A DNA stretch of 64,000 nt from an uncultured Alphaproteobacteria bacterium (GTDB lineage: Bacteria > Pseudomonadota > Alphaproteobacteria > ATCC43930 > CGMCC-115725): NCBI GenBank assembly GCA_963812675.1, contig CAWEWR010000006.1, forward strand, positions 284,723-348,722, read 5' to 3'. Shown here one piece after another: positions 37,893-46,864 of the stretch; position 1 is the first letter of the stretch; the number at the start of each line of letters is the position of its first letter. The translations under genes were made by a program, and so were the position numbers. Below the pieces are notes generated by a model that saw only the letters and a program-made list of their open reading frames with translations, ran no database searches and was not told where the DNA came from.

Positions 37893-40800
37893 ATGGAGAT
37901 TGTCACCGCGACACCTCTCCCCTCGGCATCGCCGCTGCGTGCGGCGATCCGCGACAGCTGCCGGATCGACGAAAGCGAGGCGGTTGCGCGCATTCTGGCC
38001 GCGGCCGCTATCCCGGCCGAGATGCGCGACCGCATCGCCGACCGGGCGCGGGCATTCGTCGCCGCAGTGCGCCGCGAACGCCTCGGCAAAGGCGGCATCG
38101 ACGCGTTTCTGCACGAATATGCGCTGTCCTCGCCCGAGGGGGTCGCCCTCCTGTGCCTCGCCGAAGCCTTGCTGCGGGTGCCTGATGCGGAGACCGTCGA
38201 CCGCCTGATCCGCGACAAGATCGGTGAGGCGAATTGGGAAAGTCACCTCGGCCGGTCCGAATCGATCTTTGTCAACGCCTCGACCTGGGCATTGATGCTG
38301 ACCGGCCGGCTGCTGCACGCCGAGCCGGCGGAGCCCAACTTGCGCGGCGCGCTGCGCCGCTTCGTCGCCCGCTCGGGCGAGCCGGTCGTGCGCCAGGCGG
38401 TGATCGCGGCAATGCGCATCCTCGGGCGCCAGTTCGTCATCGGGCGCACGATCGAGGAGGCGATCGAGCGCGCCCGCGAAGTCGAGCGGCACGGCTACAG
38501 GCATTCCTACGACATGCTCGGCGAGGCGGCGCGCACCGCGGCCGACGCCGCGCGCTATTTCGAGGCCTATGGTCACGCGATCGCGGCAATCGGCCGGTCG
38601 ACGGGGAGCCGGGACATCGCCGAGGCTCCGGGCATCTCGGTAAAGCTGTCGGCCTTGCACCCGCGCTGCGAGATGGCGCAGCGCGATCGGGTGCTGCGCG
38701 AATTGTCGCCGCGCCTGATCGAGCTCGCCTGCCGCGCCCGGAAGGCCGGCATCGGCTTTACGATCGATGCCGAAGAAGCCGATCGTCTCGAACTCTCGCT
38801 CGATCTCGTCGAGGAGTTGGCGCTCGCCCCGGAGCTCGCCGGCTGGGATGGCCTCGGCCTCGCTGTCCAGGCCTATCAGAAGCGAGCCTTGCCGGTCATC
38901 GACTGGCTCGCCGATCTGGCCGGGCGCGCGGGGCGGCGGCTGATGGTGCGCCTCGTCAAAGGCGCCTATTGGGACAGCGAGATCAAGCGCGCGCAGGAGC
39001 GCGGGCTCGACGGCTATCCGGTCTACACGCGCAAAGTCGCGACCGACGTGTCCTACCTCGCCTGCGCGAACCGGCTGCTGGCCCACGGCACGGCCCTCTA
39101 TCCGCAATTCGCGACGCACAACGCCCATACCGTTGCCGCCGTCCTCGAAATGGCCGGCAATCGCCGGGATTGGGAATTCCAGCGTCTGCACGGCATGGGG
39201 GAGGCGCTATACGAGCAGATCGTCGGGTCCGAACACCTAGACCGGCCCTGCCGGATCTACGCGCCGGTCGGCAGCCACGAGGATCTGCTCCCCTACCTCG
39301 TGCGCCGGCTGCTCGAAAACGGCGCCAATACCTCGTTTGTCAACCGCATCGTCGACGACCGGCAACCGATCGACGAGATCATCGCCGACCCGATCGCGCG
39401 CCTCGCCCAATTGCCGGTGAAGCCGCATCCCCGCATCCCGCTGCCGCGCGACCTTTACGGGCCGGAGCGCAAGAATGCGGCCGGGCTGGACCTCGACGAT
39501 CCGACGACGTTGGCGGCATTGCGCGGGGGACTCGCCGCGGCGCTGCGGCGGCCGTGGCGAGCGGCGCCGATCGTCGGCGGCATCGAGCAGGCCGGCGCCG
39601 CCGGGCCCGTATTCGATCCGAGCGACCGGCGGCGCCGGGTCGGCGAGGTGGCCACGGCCGGTCCGGCGGATGTCGACCGGGCATTGACGCGGGCGGTACG
39701 CAGCGCCCCCGCATGGGATCGCACCCCGGCAAACGAGCGGGCCGCGCTGCTCGAAGCCGCGGCCGACCTCTACGAGAGCCGCTGCGCGGAGCTGATGGCG
39801 CTGATCGTCCGGGAAGGCGGCCGCACGATCCCCGACGCGCTCTCCGAGGTTCGCGAGGCGGTCGATTACCTGCGCTATTATGCGATGCGCGCGCGGGCGG
39901 ATTTTGCCGGACCTACACCCTTGCCCGGCCCCGCCGGCGAGCGCAACGAGATCGAATTGCGGGGCCGCGGCGTCTTCGCCTGCATCTCGCCATGGAATTT
40001 CCCGCTGGCGATCTTCACCGGCCAGATCGCCGCGGCGCTCGCCGCCGGCAACGCCGTCGTCGCCAAGCCCGCCGAGCAGACGCCGCTGATCGCCGCCGCC
40101 GGGGTGCGGCTGCTGCTCGAGGCGGGGATCCCGGGCGAGGTCCTCCATCTGCTGCCGGGGACCGGCGAGGAGGTCGGCGCGCCGCTCGTCGCCGATCCGC
40201 GCATCGCCGGGATCGCCTTTACCGGCTCGACCGAGACCGCGCGCCATATCAACCTCGAACTGGCGCGCCGCCCCGGCCCGATCGTGCCGTTCATCGCCGA
40301 GACCGGCGGGCAGAACGCGATGATCGTCGATTCCTCGGCGCTCGCCGAGCAGGCCGTCGCCGACGTACTCACCTCGGCCTTCGACAGCGCCGGACAGCGC
40401 TGCTCGGCCGCGCGCCTCCTCTATGTGCAGGCCGACATCGCCGACCGGCTGTTGGCGATGCTGGCGGGCGCGATGGCGGAGCTGGCGATCGGCGACCCCG
40501 GCTTGATCGCCACCGATGTCGGCCCGGTCATCGATGCCGCGGCTAGAGAGGCGCTGGAGCAGCACGCGGCGCGGATGGAGCGCGAGGGCCGGCTGATCTA
40601 TCGCTGCACCCTGCCGTCCGGCACCGAGCACGGCACTTATTTTGCGCCGCAAGCCTTCAAGATCGACAGCGCCGCGCGGCTCACCGGGGAGGTCTTCGGC
40701 CCGATCCTTCACGTCGTGCGCTGGCATGCCGACCGTCTCGACGCGGTCATCGACGAAATCGCCGCGACTGGCTATGGCCTGACCCTCGGCATCCACAGCC

Positions 40801-41045
40801 GGATCGACGAGACCGTGCGCCACATCCTCGCGCGCGTCCGGGTCGGCAACAGCTACGTCAACCGCAGCATGATCGGCGCCGTCGTCGGCGTGCAGCCCTT
40901 CGGCGGCGAAGCCCTCTCCGGCACCGGCCCCAAGGCCGGCGGCCCGCGCTACCTCCAGCGCTTCGCAACCGAGCGCACCGTCTCGACCGACACCACCGCC
41001 GCCGGCGGCAACGCCACATTGCTGTCATTGCAGGAGGATGGGTAG
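37893..41045 (+). CDS. putA: bifunctional proline dehydrogenase / L-glutamate-gamma-semialdehyde dehydrogenase
   Basis: 1050 aa. PRODH barrel followed by an aldehyde dehydrogenase domain (FTGSTETA, ETGGQNAMIVD, GQRCSA). No N-terminal RHH domain. Confidence 0.95.
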   Translation: MEIVTATPLPSASPLRAAIRDSCRIDESEAVARILAAAAIPAEMRDRIADRARAFVAAVRRERLGKGGIDAFLHEYALSSPEGVALLCLAEALLRVPDAETVDRLIRDKIGEANWESHLGRSESIFVNASTWALMLTGRLLHAEPAEPNLRGALRRFVARSGEPVVRQAVIAAMRILGRQFVIGRTIEEAIERAREVERHGYRHSYDMLGEAARTAADAARYFEAYGHAIAAIGRSTGSRDIAEAPGISVKLSALHPRCEMAQRDRVLRELSPRLIELACRARKAGIGFTIDAEEADRLELSLDLVEELALAPELAGWDGLGLAVQAYQKRALPVIDWLADLAGRAGRRLMVRLVKGAYWDSEIKRAQERGLDGYPVYTRKVATDVSYLACANRLLAHGTALYPQFATHNAHTVAAVLEMAGNRRDWEFQRLHGMGEALYEQIVGSEHLDRPCRIYAPVGSHEDLLPYLVRRLLENGANTSFVNRIVDDRQPIDEIIADPIARLAQLPVKPHPRIPLPRDLYGPERKNAAGLDLDDPTTLAALRGGLAAALRRPWRAAPIVGGIEQAGAAGPVFDPSDRRRRVGEVATAGPADVDRALTRAVRSAPAWDRTPANERAALLEAAADLYESRCAELMALIVREGGRTIPDALSEVREAVDYLRYYAMRARADFAGPTPLPGPAGERNEIELRGRGVFACISPWNFPLAIFTGQIAAALAAGNAVVAKPAEQTPLIAAAGVRLLLEAGIPGEVLHLLPGTGEEVGAPLVADPRIAGIAFTGSTETARHINLELARRPGPIVPFIAETGGQNAMIVDSSALAEQAVADVLTSAFDSAGQRCSAARLLYVQADIADRLLAMLAGAMAELAIGDPGLIATDVGPVIDAAAREALEQHAARMEREGRLIYRCTLPSGTEHGTYFAPQAFKIDSAARLTGEVFGPILHVVRWHADRLDAVIDEIAATGYGLTLGIHSRIDETVRHILARVRVGNSYVNRSMIGAVVGVQPFGGEALSGTGPKAGGPRYLQRFATERTVSTDTTAAGGNATLLSLQEDG

Positions 41046-41103
41046 CGTGATCCAGCCGAGCACAAAATCTCGAAACCGGGTCTTCTAAATATAGTCAGGC
41101 GAG

Positions 41104-41352
41104 TTAAGACCGTTTTGACGCGCGCGCAACCAGACGAAGATCAGAATCAGGCTCTTTGTAATGTATCAATCCGTAGGAAGGAAACTTAATCAAAACACCG
41201 CTGTTGAGATAGCTCCACTCCGTTTTTGGACAGTCGTCACTATACTCCCCCGTATCGATGGAGCAAACAACAACCCCCTGCTGTTCTTTGTCTATGGCCA
41301 CGATATCACCTAGTTTCACGTCCTGCCCGTCGGGGTATTTCATCCAGGGCAT
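41104..41352 (-). CDS. hypothetical small protein (possible immunity-like partner)
   Basis: Start taken at MPWMKY, 4 nt after the upstream stop. Low GC (about 42-50%). No recognisable motif. Confidence 0.4.
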   Translation of the reverse strand: MPWMKYPDGQDVKLGDIVAIDKEQQGVVVCSIDTGEYSDDCPKTEWSYLNSGVLIKFPSYGLIHYKEPDSDLRLVARASKRS

Positions 41353-41356
41353 CTCT

Positions 41357-41701
41357 CTAGTTTGCAAATGCCTCGATGGGAATAGCACCTCGAGGCAAAT
41401 TCGAAGGCGAAACCGCCCCTACAGCTTGCCAAAAGCATCGACAATTATTCGGATTTTGGTTCGCTCTGTAAAGATTGTAATGAGGGCCGGCGATGCCGTG
41501 TTGCGGGGTGCTCGGCGTCTCTAGCCGACGGTAGGCGATAGTTCCAACGGGAACCAACTTCCCGCTCACAGTCCGACAGGGAGGGCAGCGTGAGCCGTCG
41601 TCGTATTGCTGCTGCACGCTGTTGGTCATTTGTTGGATGATCGTTGCAACCAAAACCCGTCGTCGCCCGAACTTGGATAACCTGCTTTGAGGAAAATCCA
41701 A
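41357..41701 (-). CDS. hypothetical protein (Cys/His/Asn-rich, unknown family)
   Basis: 114-aa ORF in a low-GC segment, containing CPPC and GPHYNLYRANQNPNNCRCFW. Function unknown. Confidence 0.4.
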   Translation of the reverse strand: MDFPQSRLSKFGRRRVLVATIIQQMTNSVQQQYDDGSRCPPCRTVSGKLVPVGTIAYRRLETPSTPQHGIAGPHYNLYRANQNPNNCRCFWQAVGAVSPSNLPRGAIPIEAFAN

Positions 41702-41891
41702 ACTCCTTGGCCGCCCGCTTTACACGGTGCCGTCGCCGCGCAGCGCGGAAGAACGCTGGCTGAGCATCGGCGAGTTAAATGGGCGCTTTCTCTGCGTGGT
41801 TTGGACGTGGCGAGGCGGGGCCATTCGGGTCATCACGATGAGGAGAGCCCGCGATGAAGAAAAGCGACGATACCGCACGCTATACGGCTGA
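41691..41891 (+). pseudogene. brnT: 5'-truncated brnT (DUF497 ribonuclease toxin) remnant
   Basis: Only the C-terminal part is present: EERWLSIGELNGRFLCVVWTWRGGAIRVITMRRARDEEKRRY. There is no start codon or N-terminal half. The open frame begins right after a TGA at 41688-41690. Confidence 0.6.
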
Positions 41892-42186
41892 ACAGCTCGC
41901 AACGATGCGTCGGCGCGGCGAGAGCCGCACCGACTGGGCGCGGTTCGATGCGACGACGCAGGCCGAGCTGGAGGCCAGCATCGCCGCCGATCCCGACGAC
42001 GTGCATGAGGCGCCGCAATGGGACCAGGCCGTGCTGGGCCTGCCGCCCCGAAAGGAGCACATCAATATCCGCGTCGATGCGGACGTGCTGGAGTGGTTCA
42101 GGCAAACCGGCCGAGGCTATCAGACCCGCATGAACAACGTCTTGCGTGCTTTCGTCGAGAGCCGCAGGCGCATGCGCCAATCATGA
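41854..42186 (+). CDS. brnA: BrnA antitoxin (DUF4415 family)
   Basis: INIRVDADVLEWFRQTGRGYQTRMNNVLRAFVE is the characteristic BrnA C-terminus. It overlaps the brnT remnant by 38 nt. Confidence 0.8.
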   Translation: MKKSDDTARYTAEQLATMRRRGESRTDWARFDATTQAELEASIAADPDDVHEAPQWDQAVLGLPPRKEHINIRVDADVLEWFRQTGRGYQTRMNNVLRAFVESRRRMRQS

Positions 42187-42261
42187 TAAGGGTCCCGCAG
42201 TAGAGCACCCACTGTTTTGGCAACGCATTGGTCCGCGTGGCGCGGACGATCCCTTTTTGCG

Positions 42262-42360
42262 AATTCCGGGATCCTTTACGACCGCGCCCGGCGACTACCC
42301 CCGCAGACCCCCAGGTGGCCAGCCGGCAGCCTTGCGCGGTCGTGTCGAACTCCGGCATCG
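42262..42360 (-). pseudogene. fragment of a third terminase-large-subunit-like gene
   Basis: MPEFDTTAQGCRLAT and the underlying DNA match 47895-47950 and 56240-56297. Homology ends exactly at 42360, next to the stop of the kinase gene. Confidence 0.6.
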
Positions 42361-42870
42361 TTATGGCATGCCGCGAGCCACAATGCCCGTGGCCACGGCA
42401 ATCGCTAGGTCGCGGTCGGTCACTGGAAGACTAAGTTGCCGCAGAACATAGATATAACCACAAGCCAACACTTCCCTGTCGCCGAAGCCCTCAGCATGCG
42501 CCCACGTCCGCGCGGCGCGGATATACTCAGGGACCAATGAGAGCGCGCAGAATGCCTCCCGATCGAACCAGTCGATAGTGCCGGATCCTGCGGCCCACTG
42601 CAGCAAGTCCCGATGCCCATGCGGGTGAAAGAACGGGCTCAGTTCCAGTGTTACGGCTTCGAGCGCGCTCGGTAGCGGCCGAACCGACCCATAATCGATC
42701 AACATCACCCGATTGTTGATGTCGACCCGCGCGTTTTCCCCATGAAGATCACCATGCCGCGTACAGATATTGACGGAAATCTCCCTGTCTTCGAAGCGCT
42801 GCCAGTCAATTGATCCCAGCTGGGCGTGAAGCGCATGCAGCCGGTCTTCTCGGACCACCAGTTTCGCCAA
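42361..42870 (-). CDS. protein-kinase / aminoglycoside-phosphotransferase-like C-lobe (downstream half of the split receiver-kinase)
   Basis: Catalytic loop HGDLHGENARVD and metal-binding LIDYG. In the same frame as 42898..43788, separated by TGA plus 9 codons. Confidence 0.65.
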   Translation of the reverse strand: MAKLVVREDRLHALHAQLGSIDWQRFEDREISVNICTRHGDLHGENARVDINNRVMLIDYGSVRPLPSALEAVTLELSPFFHPHGHRDLLQWAAGSGTIDWFDREAFCALSLVPEYIRAARTWAHAEGFGDREVLACGYIYVLRQLSLPVTDRDLAIAVATGIVARGMP

Positions 42871-42897
42871 TTCGCCTATGGGTCTTTGTCTGGTGAT

Positions 42898-43788
42898 TCA
42901 ACTCATAAACCAAGGTTCCTCGGTATGTCGGAGCATCCGCACGCAGGCGGCCCCATCGGCATCAGACTCGTGTAAAACCTGAAACAGTGACCGGTCATAG
43001 CCGTCAAGCAGGCGGTAGAACGCGCCCTTTTTTCCTGCGACACGCGCAATTTCTCCACTAACGACTGGAGCATAAGTACCGGCCGGCAGCCTTACGATCT
43101 CCTGCTCGTAATTCAGCATCTCCCTTGCAATTATATTATAGTCGCCAAGCTTACTTGCTGCTGATATCCGAACGCCGCCTTGAGCGTCCCTGACATCGGC
43201 TTTCAGCACACTCGCGCCGGACAACCCGTCGCTTAGAACTTCAATATCGACGCACACTCCATTTTGGCGGCGCGCAAAGCAACGCAATAATCTCGCTTCG
43301 GCTTCGTTCAATGACATACCGGCACCCTTGGTATTAATCTCTATATCATCCGTTACCCGAGCGGTCTTAGCTATCTCCGCAGCGGCTTCGTAGAAAGGTC
43401 TAAGAGTGGCTTTTTGAAAGCGCCGGATCAGTCCAATTGGTTTGCGATCTCCCCAAACATCGCATTGCCTTCCCTCGGCGATTAATTGATCGACATACTC
43501 CTCTTCCATCGGTAAGCCAGTCAGGAAAAAGAGCGGCGTGTCCGGCGCCTTCTCCTGCACCGCACCAAGAACGGCTCTGCCGTGAATAACATCGGGGTCT
43601 AACCGCCCCGGCGCGGTCGGAATGCGCTGATCCAGCACGATCAGGTCGAATACCTTAGCACCGACCCGGCCGATTGCCGTATCCCTGTCCTCAGCTACCT
43701 CGACATTGCCGGCACCAAAGATCCTCTCTAATTCTGGCAAGATGCTCGCAACGCGAGCTAGCTCGTCCTCGACCAGAAGACAGCGCAT
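42898..43788 (-). CDS. response-regulator receiver domain fused to kinase-like N-lobe (upstream half)
   Basis: REC motifs CLLVEDE, DLIVLDQRIP and LFFLTG. Followed by the glycine-loop-like LSDGLSGASVLKADV. Ends at an in-frame TGA (42898-42900). Confidence 0.7.
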   Translation of the reverse strand: MRCLLVEDELARVASILPELERIFGAGNVEVAEDRDTAIGRVGAKVFDLIVLDQRIPTAPGRLDPDVIHGRAVLGAVQEKAPDTPLFFLTGLPMEEEYVDQLIAEGRQCDVWGDRKPIGLIRRFQKATLRPFYEAAAEIAKTARVTDDIEINTKGAGMSLNEAEARLLRCFARRQNGVCVDIEVLSDGLSGASVLKADVRDAQGGVRISAASKLGDYNIIAREMLNYEQEIVRLPAGTYAPVVSGEIARVAGKKGAFYRLLDGYDRSLFQVLHESDADGAACVRMLRHTEEPWFMS

Positions 43789-43797
43789 GATTGCCTC

Positions 43798-44688
43798 TCA
43801 TTTGCTGAGGCCAATAACCGGCCAGGTGAGAGTGAGGACGCAGCCCTTGTCCTTTTGGGGGATCAGCTCGGCAGTCCCCGACAAGGAAACCATCGCAGCC
43901 CGCAGGGCCGGTAGGCCGTGTCCGATATGGCCCTTGCTGCTCGTGCCAATCTCGAAAGCCCCGGGGATGCTGCCGTGAAAGCCGATACCCTCATCGAGGA
44001 TCGATATCCAGTAATCGCGGTCCGTCGCATCCCAGTTGATGACGATCGCCGGCCTGTGGTCCGCCGTCGCCACGGGAAGGCACGCCTCGATAGAATTGCG
44101 CAGCCCATTCGTGACTGCCATCGTGATAAGCGACGGATCGCCCTGTACCAACAACGGAGCTGGTCCAGCAAAACTCAGCAGACACTTACTGTGCTCAAGA
44201 TCATGGGGCAGGCAGTCACGAATAACCGTGGCCAGATCGAAATCTTCAATTACCGCTGGCTTGGCGGCGTTATAGAGCTTTGCAATAGCTGCGACCTGTA
44301 ATTTGATCTGACCTATCCGCGTTTTCGTTTCGCTCGCTTCGAAGTCCACAATTTCGGCTGCCGCTCTTTGCTCGATATCCCCAATAAGTGGATTTAGCTG
44401 ATGAAGCACACGCTCCGTCACATGGCGCAGTGACTTCACATAGGCTTCGTCGTAAATCGCTTTCGCCTGCTCCGCCGGCGGTTCCGCCGCAACCGGCACC
44501 TGCGCGCTCAACGCTTGAAGGGCAGAAGCGAATTGTTGCCTGATCTGCGGCACCGTTTCGCCGTAGAACGCCGCCTCGATCACGTTGCGATCGACGAGAG
44601 TTGGGTTGGCGGCGATCTCCCGGCCGGCAAGACGGCGATCGGCCGAGCGCTTCGATGACACGAGGGCGGCAAACTGTTCAGGCGTCAT
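43798..44688 (-). CDS. soluble histidine kinase (DHp + HATPase_c), no TM or classical sensor domain
   Basis: H-box-like SLRHVTERVLHQLNPL, N-box NGLRNSIEA, G1 DEGIGF and G2 GHGLPAL. Short HEAT-like N-terminus. ATGA overlap with the upstream ATPase gene. Confidence 0.75.
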   Translation of the reverse strand: MTPEQFAALVSSKRSADRRLAGREIAANPTLVDRNVIEAAFYGETVPQIRQQFASALQALSAQVPVAAEPPAEQAKAIYDEAYVKSLRHVTERVLHQLNPLIGDIEQRAAAEIVDFEASETKTRIGQIKLQVAAIAKLYNAAKPAVIEDFDLATVIRDCLPHDLEHSKCLLSFAGPAPLLVQGDPSLITMAVTNGLRNSIEACLPVATADHRPAIVINWDATDRDYWISILDEGIGFHGSIPGAFEIGTSSKGHIGHGLPALRAAMVSLSGTAELIPQKDKGCVLTLTWPVIGLSK

Positions 44689-46532
44689 TCATTCGAATGC
44701 CGTCTATAGAAATCCGCGCGCGTCCGAAATGCTTCGATACCGCCCTCCATCACGCCCGTGATCGCAGCTACCGTTTTCGGATGGTCAAGCGGCTCGGCGT
44801 GCATGACAAAGCCACGGCGCCCATTCGATCCGAGCCGCGCGACACGCGCGGCCTCACCCAGAACCGGTATGTTTGCGTTGTGTGTGGTAAAGAGGATCTG
44901 ACCCTTGGCGGACCGCTTTCTGATTGCGCCGATCAAAGTCTCGACGATGAAGGCGTTGTCCAGATGATCCTCGGGCTGATCAACGATCAAAACGCGATCA
45001 GGATTTTGCAGCAAGATTGACAGGACGACTGTACAGCGCTGCCCCACAGACACGCTGTCCATCGGCTTAAAGTCCGCGCCATCGAGCAATTCGAAATCGA
45101 CCGCGTCTTCCAGAGCGATACTGATTATGTTGTCGCTGCCGCCAGCCCGCAGCTGGGCTGCAATCCGTTCGGCGCGATCCAGGCTGATCTTCGCCGTTTT
45201 GCTGATAAATTGGACGTCGTTGGCTTCAACGGCCTCTATCAATTCGCGAGGCGTCATAGTGACGACTATGGCCCTGGCGAGTTCATTATACCTCAGCCCG
45301 CTGCCGCGCAGCACGTTGATTACCGCGCCGACAAATTCGCTGACCTGAGCCGCCTGCCGGACCCTCACGCGGATAAACGGCGACAAATTGCTCGTCAGCA
45401 GCTTGGCGATGCGCTGTCGCTCCGCACACCGCGCTTCCCGCAGGGCATCGAGCTCGTCGAGCAGGGCGCGGCGCTGCTTCTGTACCCGTCCAGCCCGCTC
45501 CAGCCTTTGGCCCACCAAAGCCTTCAGCGCTTCCAGCTGGGTCGATTTCTCCCTCAAACCGGCCAATTGCCGGGCCGCGGCGCCGGCACCCTCCTTGAGA
45601 CCTTCGACCTCTCGCCGGATGGCCCGCGCCTGCTCTTCCAGCGGCGCACGCTCTTTCTCGACCGCTCGGATCGACGCTTCGATGTCCTCTACGGACGCGG
45701 CGAGCAGGTCGTGCGCGGAATTGATATGTCTCTCCGCTTGGGCGAGCTTAAGCCGAACCGGTTGAAGTATGTCGGTTGCGCCGGCCGACCTCGGCCAATC
45801 ATCGAGCGAGAAGCCGAAGACTTTGACCCCCTCCGTCTCATCGCGATAATTTTTCGTGGTTTCCAACGCGCGACGCAAAGCATCGCCTCTGACAGCCAAA
45901 TTCGCGCTCTGGGCAGCTAGTCCCTCAAGCTGCTTCTGCTTCGCATCCAGAAGCGATGAGCTCTTCGAAATTTCCGCGGCGCGTGCCTCGGCGCGGTTCA
46001 GCTCGACGACGATACTCTCCGAACCGGCTAACCGCTCGCTGATCTCATCCGCTTCGCGCAATAGGCTAAACACCTCGGTCGTCAACGAGCGTATTTGCGT
46101 AACAAGCCTGCGTTCCTCGGAACGCTGCACCGAGCTCGCCGGCAGAAACAAATCGACAATGTTCAACCGGCCCCGACTACTCAGGCCGACCAACTCCAGG
46201 TTGTTCTGCGAGAAAATCAGGGGGCGCGAGAGCCCTGGTTCCAGCCCCTCGGGCTCGGCGTTCGCCGCCCGCGAGATATCGATGTCGTTTTCTCCATCTT
46301 CGATCGAGAGCGTAACCTGACCATCTTGCAGAACCGACAACGCTTGTTCTCGCGAGCGTTTCTGATCTTCCTCGTCCGCCGATCCGGGTTGGTCGAAACA
46401 ATACCGGATCAGCTCGATAACCGATGATTTGCCGGTGCCGCGCCCGCCGATCAGCACGTTTAGCCCCGGCTCAAACCGGAGGTCCAAACCATCGAGAAAG
46501 CCGCCCTCGACCTGCATCCGCCTGACGATCAC
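44685..46532 (-). CDS. SMC/Rad50-like ABC-type ATPase with central coiled-coil-like region
   Basis: Walker A GGRGTGKSS at residues 29-37. Middle of about 250 aa rich in A/E/R/L/Q. Signature-like SVGQR and Walker B/D-loop VLIVDQPEDHLD, then FTTHN. Confidence 0.8.
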   Translation of the reverse strand: MIVRRMQVEGGFLDGLDLRFEPGLNVLIGGRGTGKSSVIELIRYCFDQPGSADEEDQKRSREQALSVLQDGQVTLSIEDGENDIDISRAANAEPEGLEPGLSRPLIFSQNNLELVGLSSRGRLNIVDLFLPASSVQRSEERRLVTQIRSLTTEVFSLLREADEISERLAGSESIVVELNRAEARAAEISKSSSLLDAKQKQLEGLAAQSANLAVRGDALRRALETTKNYRDETEGVKVFGFSLDDWPRSAGATDILQPVRLKLAQAERHINSAHDLLAASVEDIEASIRAVEKERAPLEEQARAIRREVEGLKEGAGAAARQLAGLREKSTQLEALKALVGQRLERAGRVQKQRRALLDELDALREARCAERQRIAKLLTSNLSPFIRVRVRQAAQVSEFVGAVINVLRGSGLRYNELARAIVVTMTPRELIEAVEANDVQFISKTAKISLDRAERIAAQLRAGGSDNIISIALEDAVDFELLDGADFKPMDSVSVGQRCTVVLSILLQNPDRVLIVDQPEDHLDNAFIVETLIGAIRKRSAKGQILFTTHNANIPVLGEAARVARLGSNGRRGFVMHAEPLDHPKTVAAITGVMEGGIEAFRTRADFYRRHSNE

Positions 46533-46864
46533 CGGGCTACCTCTCCCTTACACCAGCATCCCATTCCCACCCAGACATGCTCCTCCAACCGATCAGCGTT
46601 CGCCTCTCCCGTCCCCGGCCTGCGGCGTAGCTTAGCATTTGGCGGAACGCTCGCTAACCCCAACCTTGGGGCCCTTCCTAAACGGCTGCTCAGGTGAAGG
46701 GTTTTCGGATGCCGGCTCGTCGTGACCTATCCGCGCGTGATGAAGGCCGGCGTCCGAAAGCCTCCCAGGGGGGAACCGGCGGGGGTTGGTTGGTAAGTCT
46801 GCCGTGACCAGGCTCGCGCCTCACCCCGCCATTCTCAGCAACTGCGGAAGCCGACCGCCGACAG

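Noticed and set aside
42898-42900. Selenocysteine or programmed recoding as the explanation for the in-frame TGA in the receiver-kinase.
   Set aside because: I saw no obvious SECIS-like hairpin immediately downstream. The position lies in a linker rather than a redox active site. A nonsense mutation or sequencing error is the simpler explanation, so recoding is kept only as a minor alternative.
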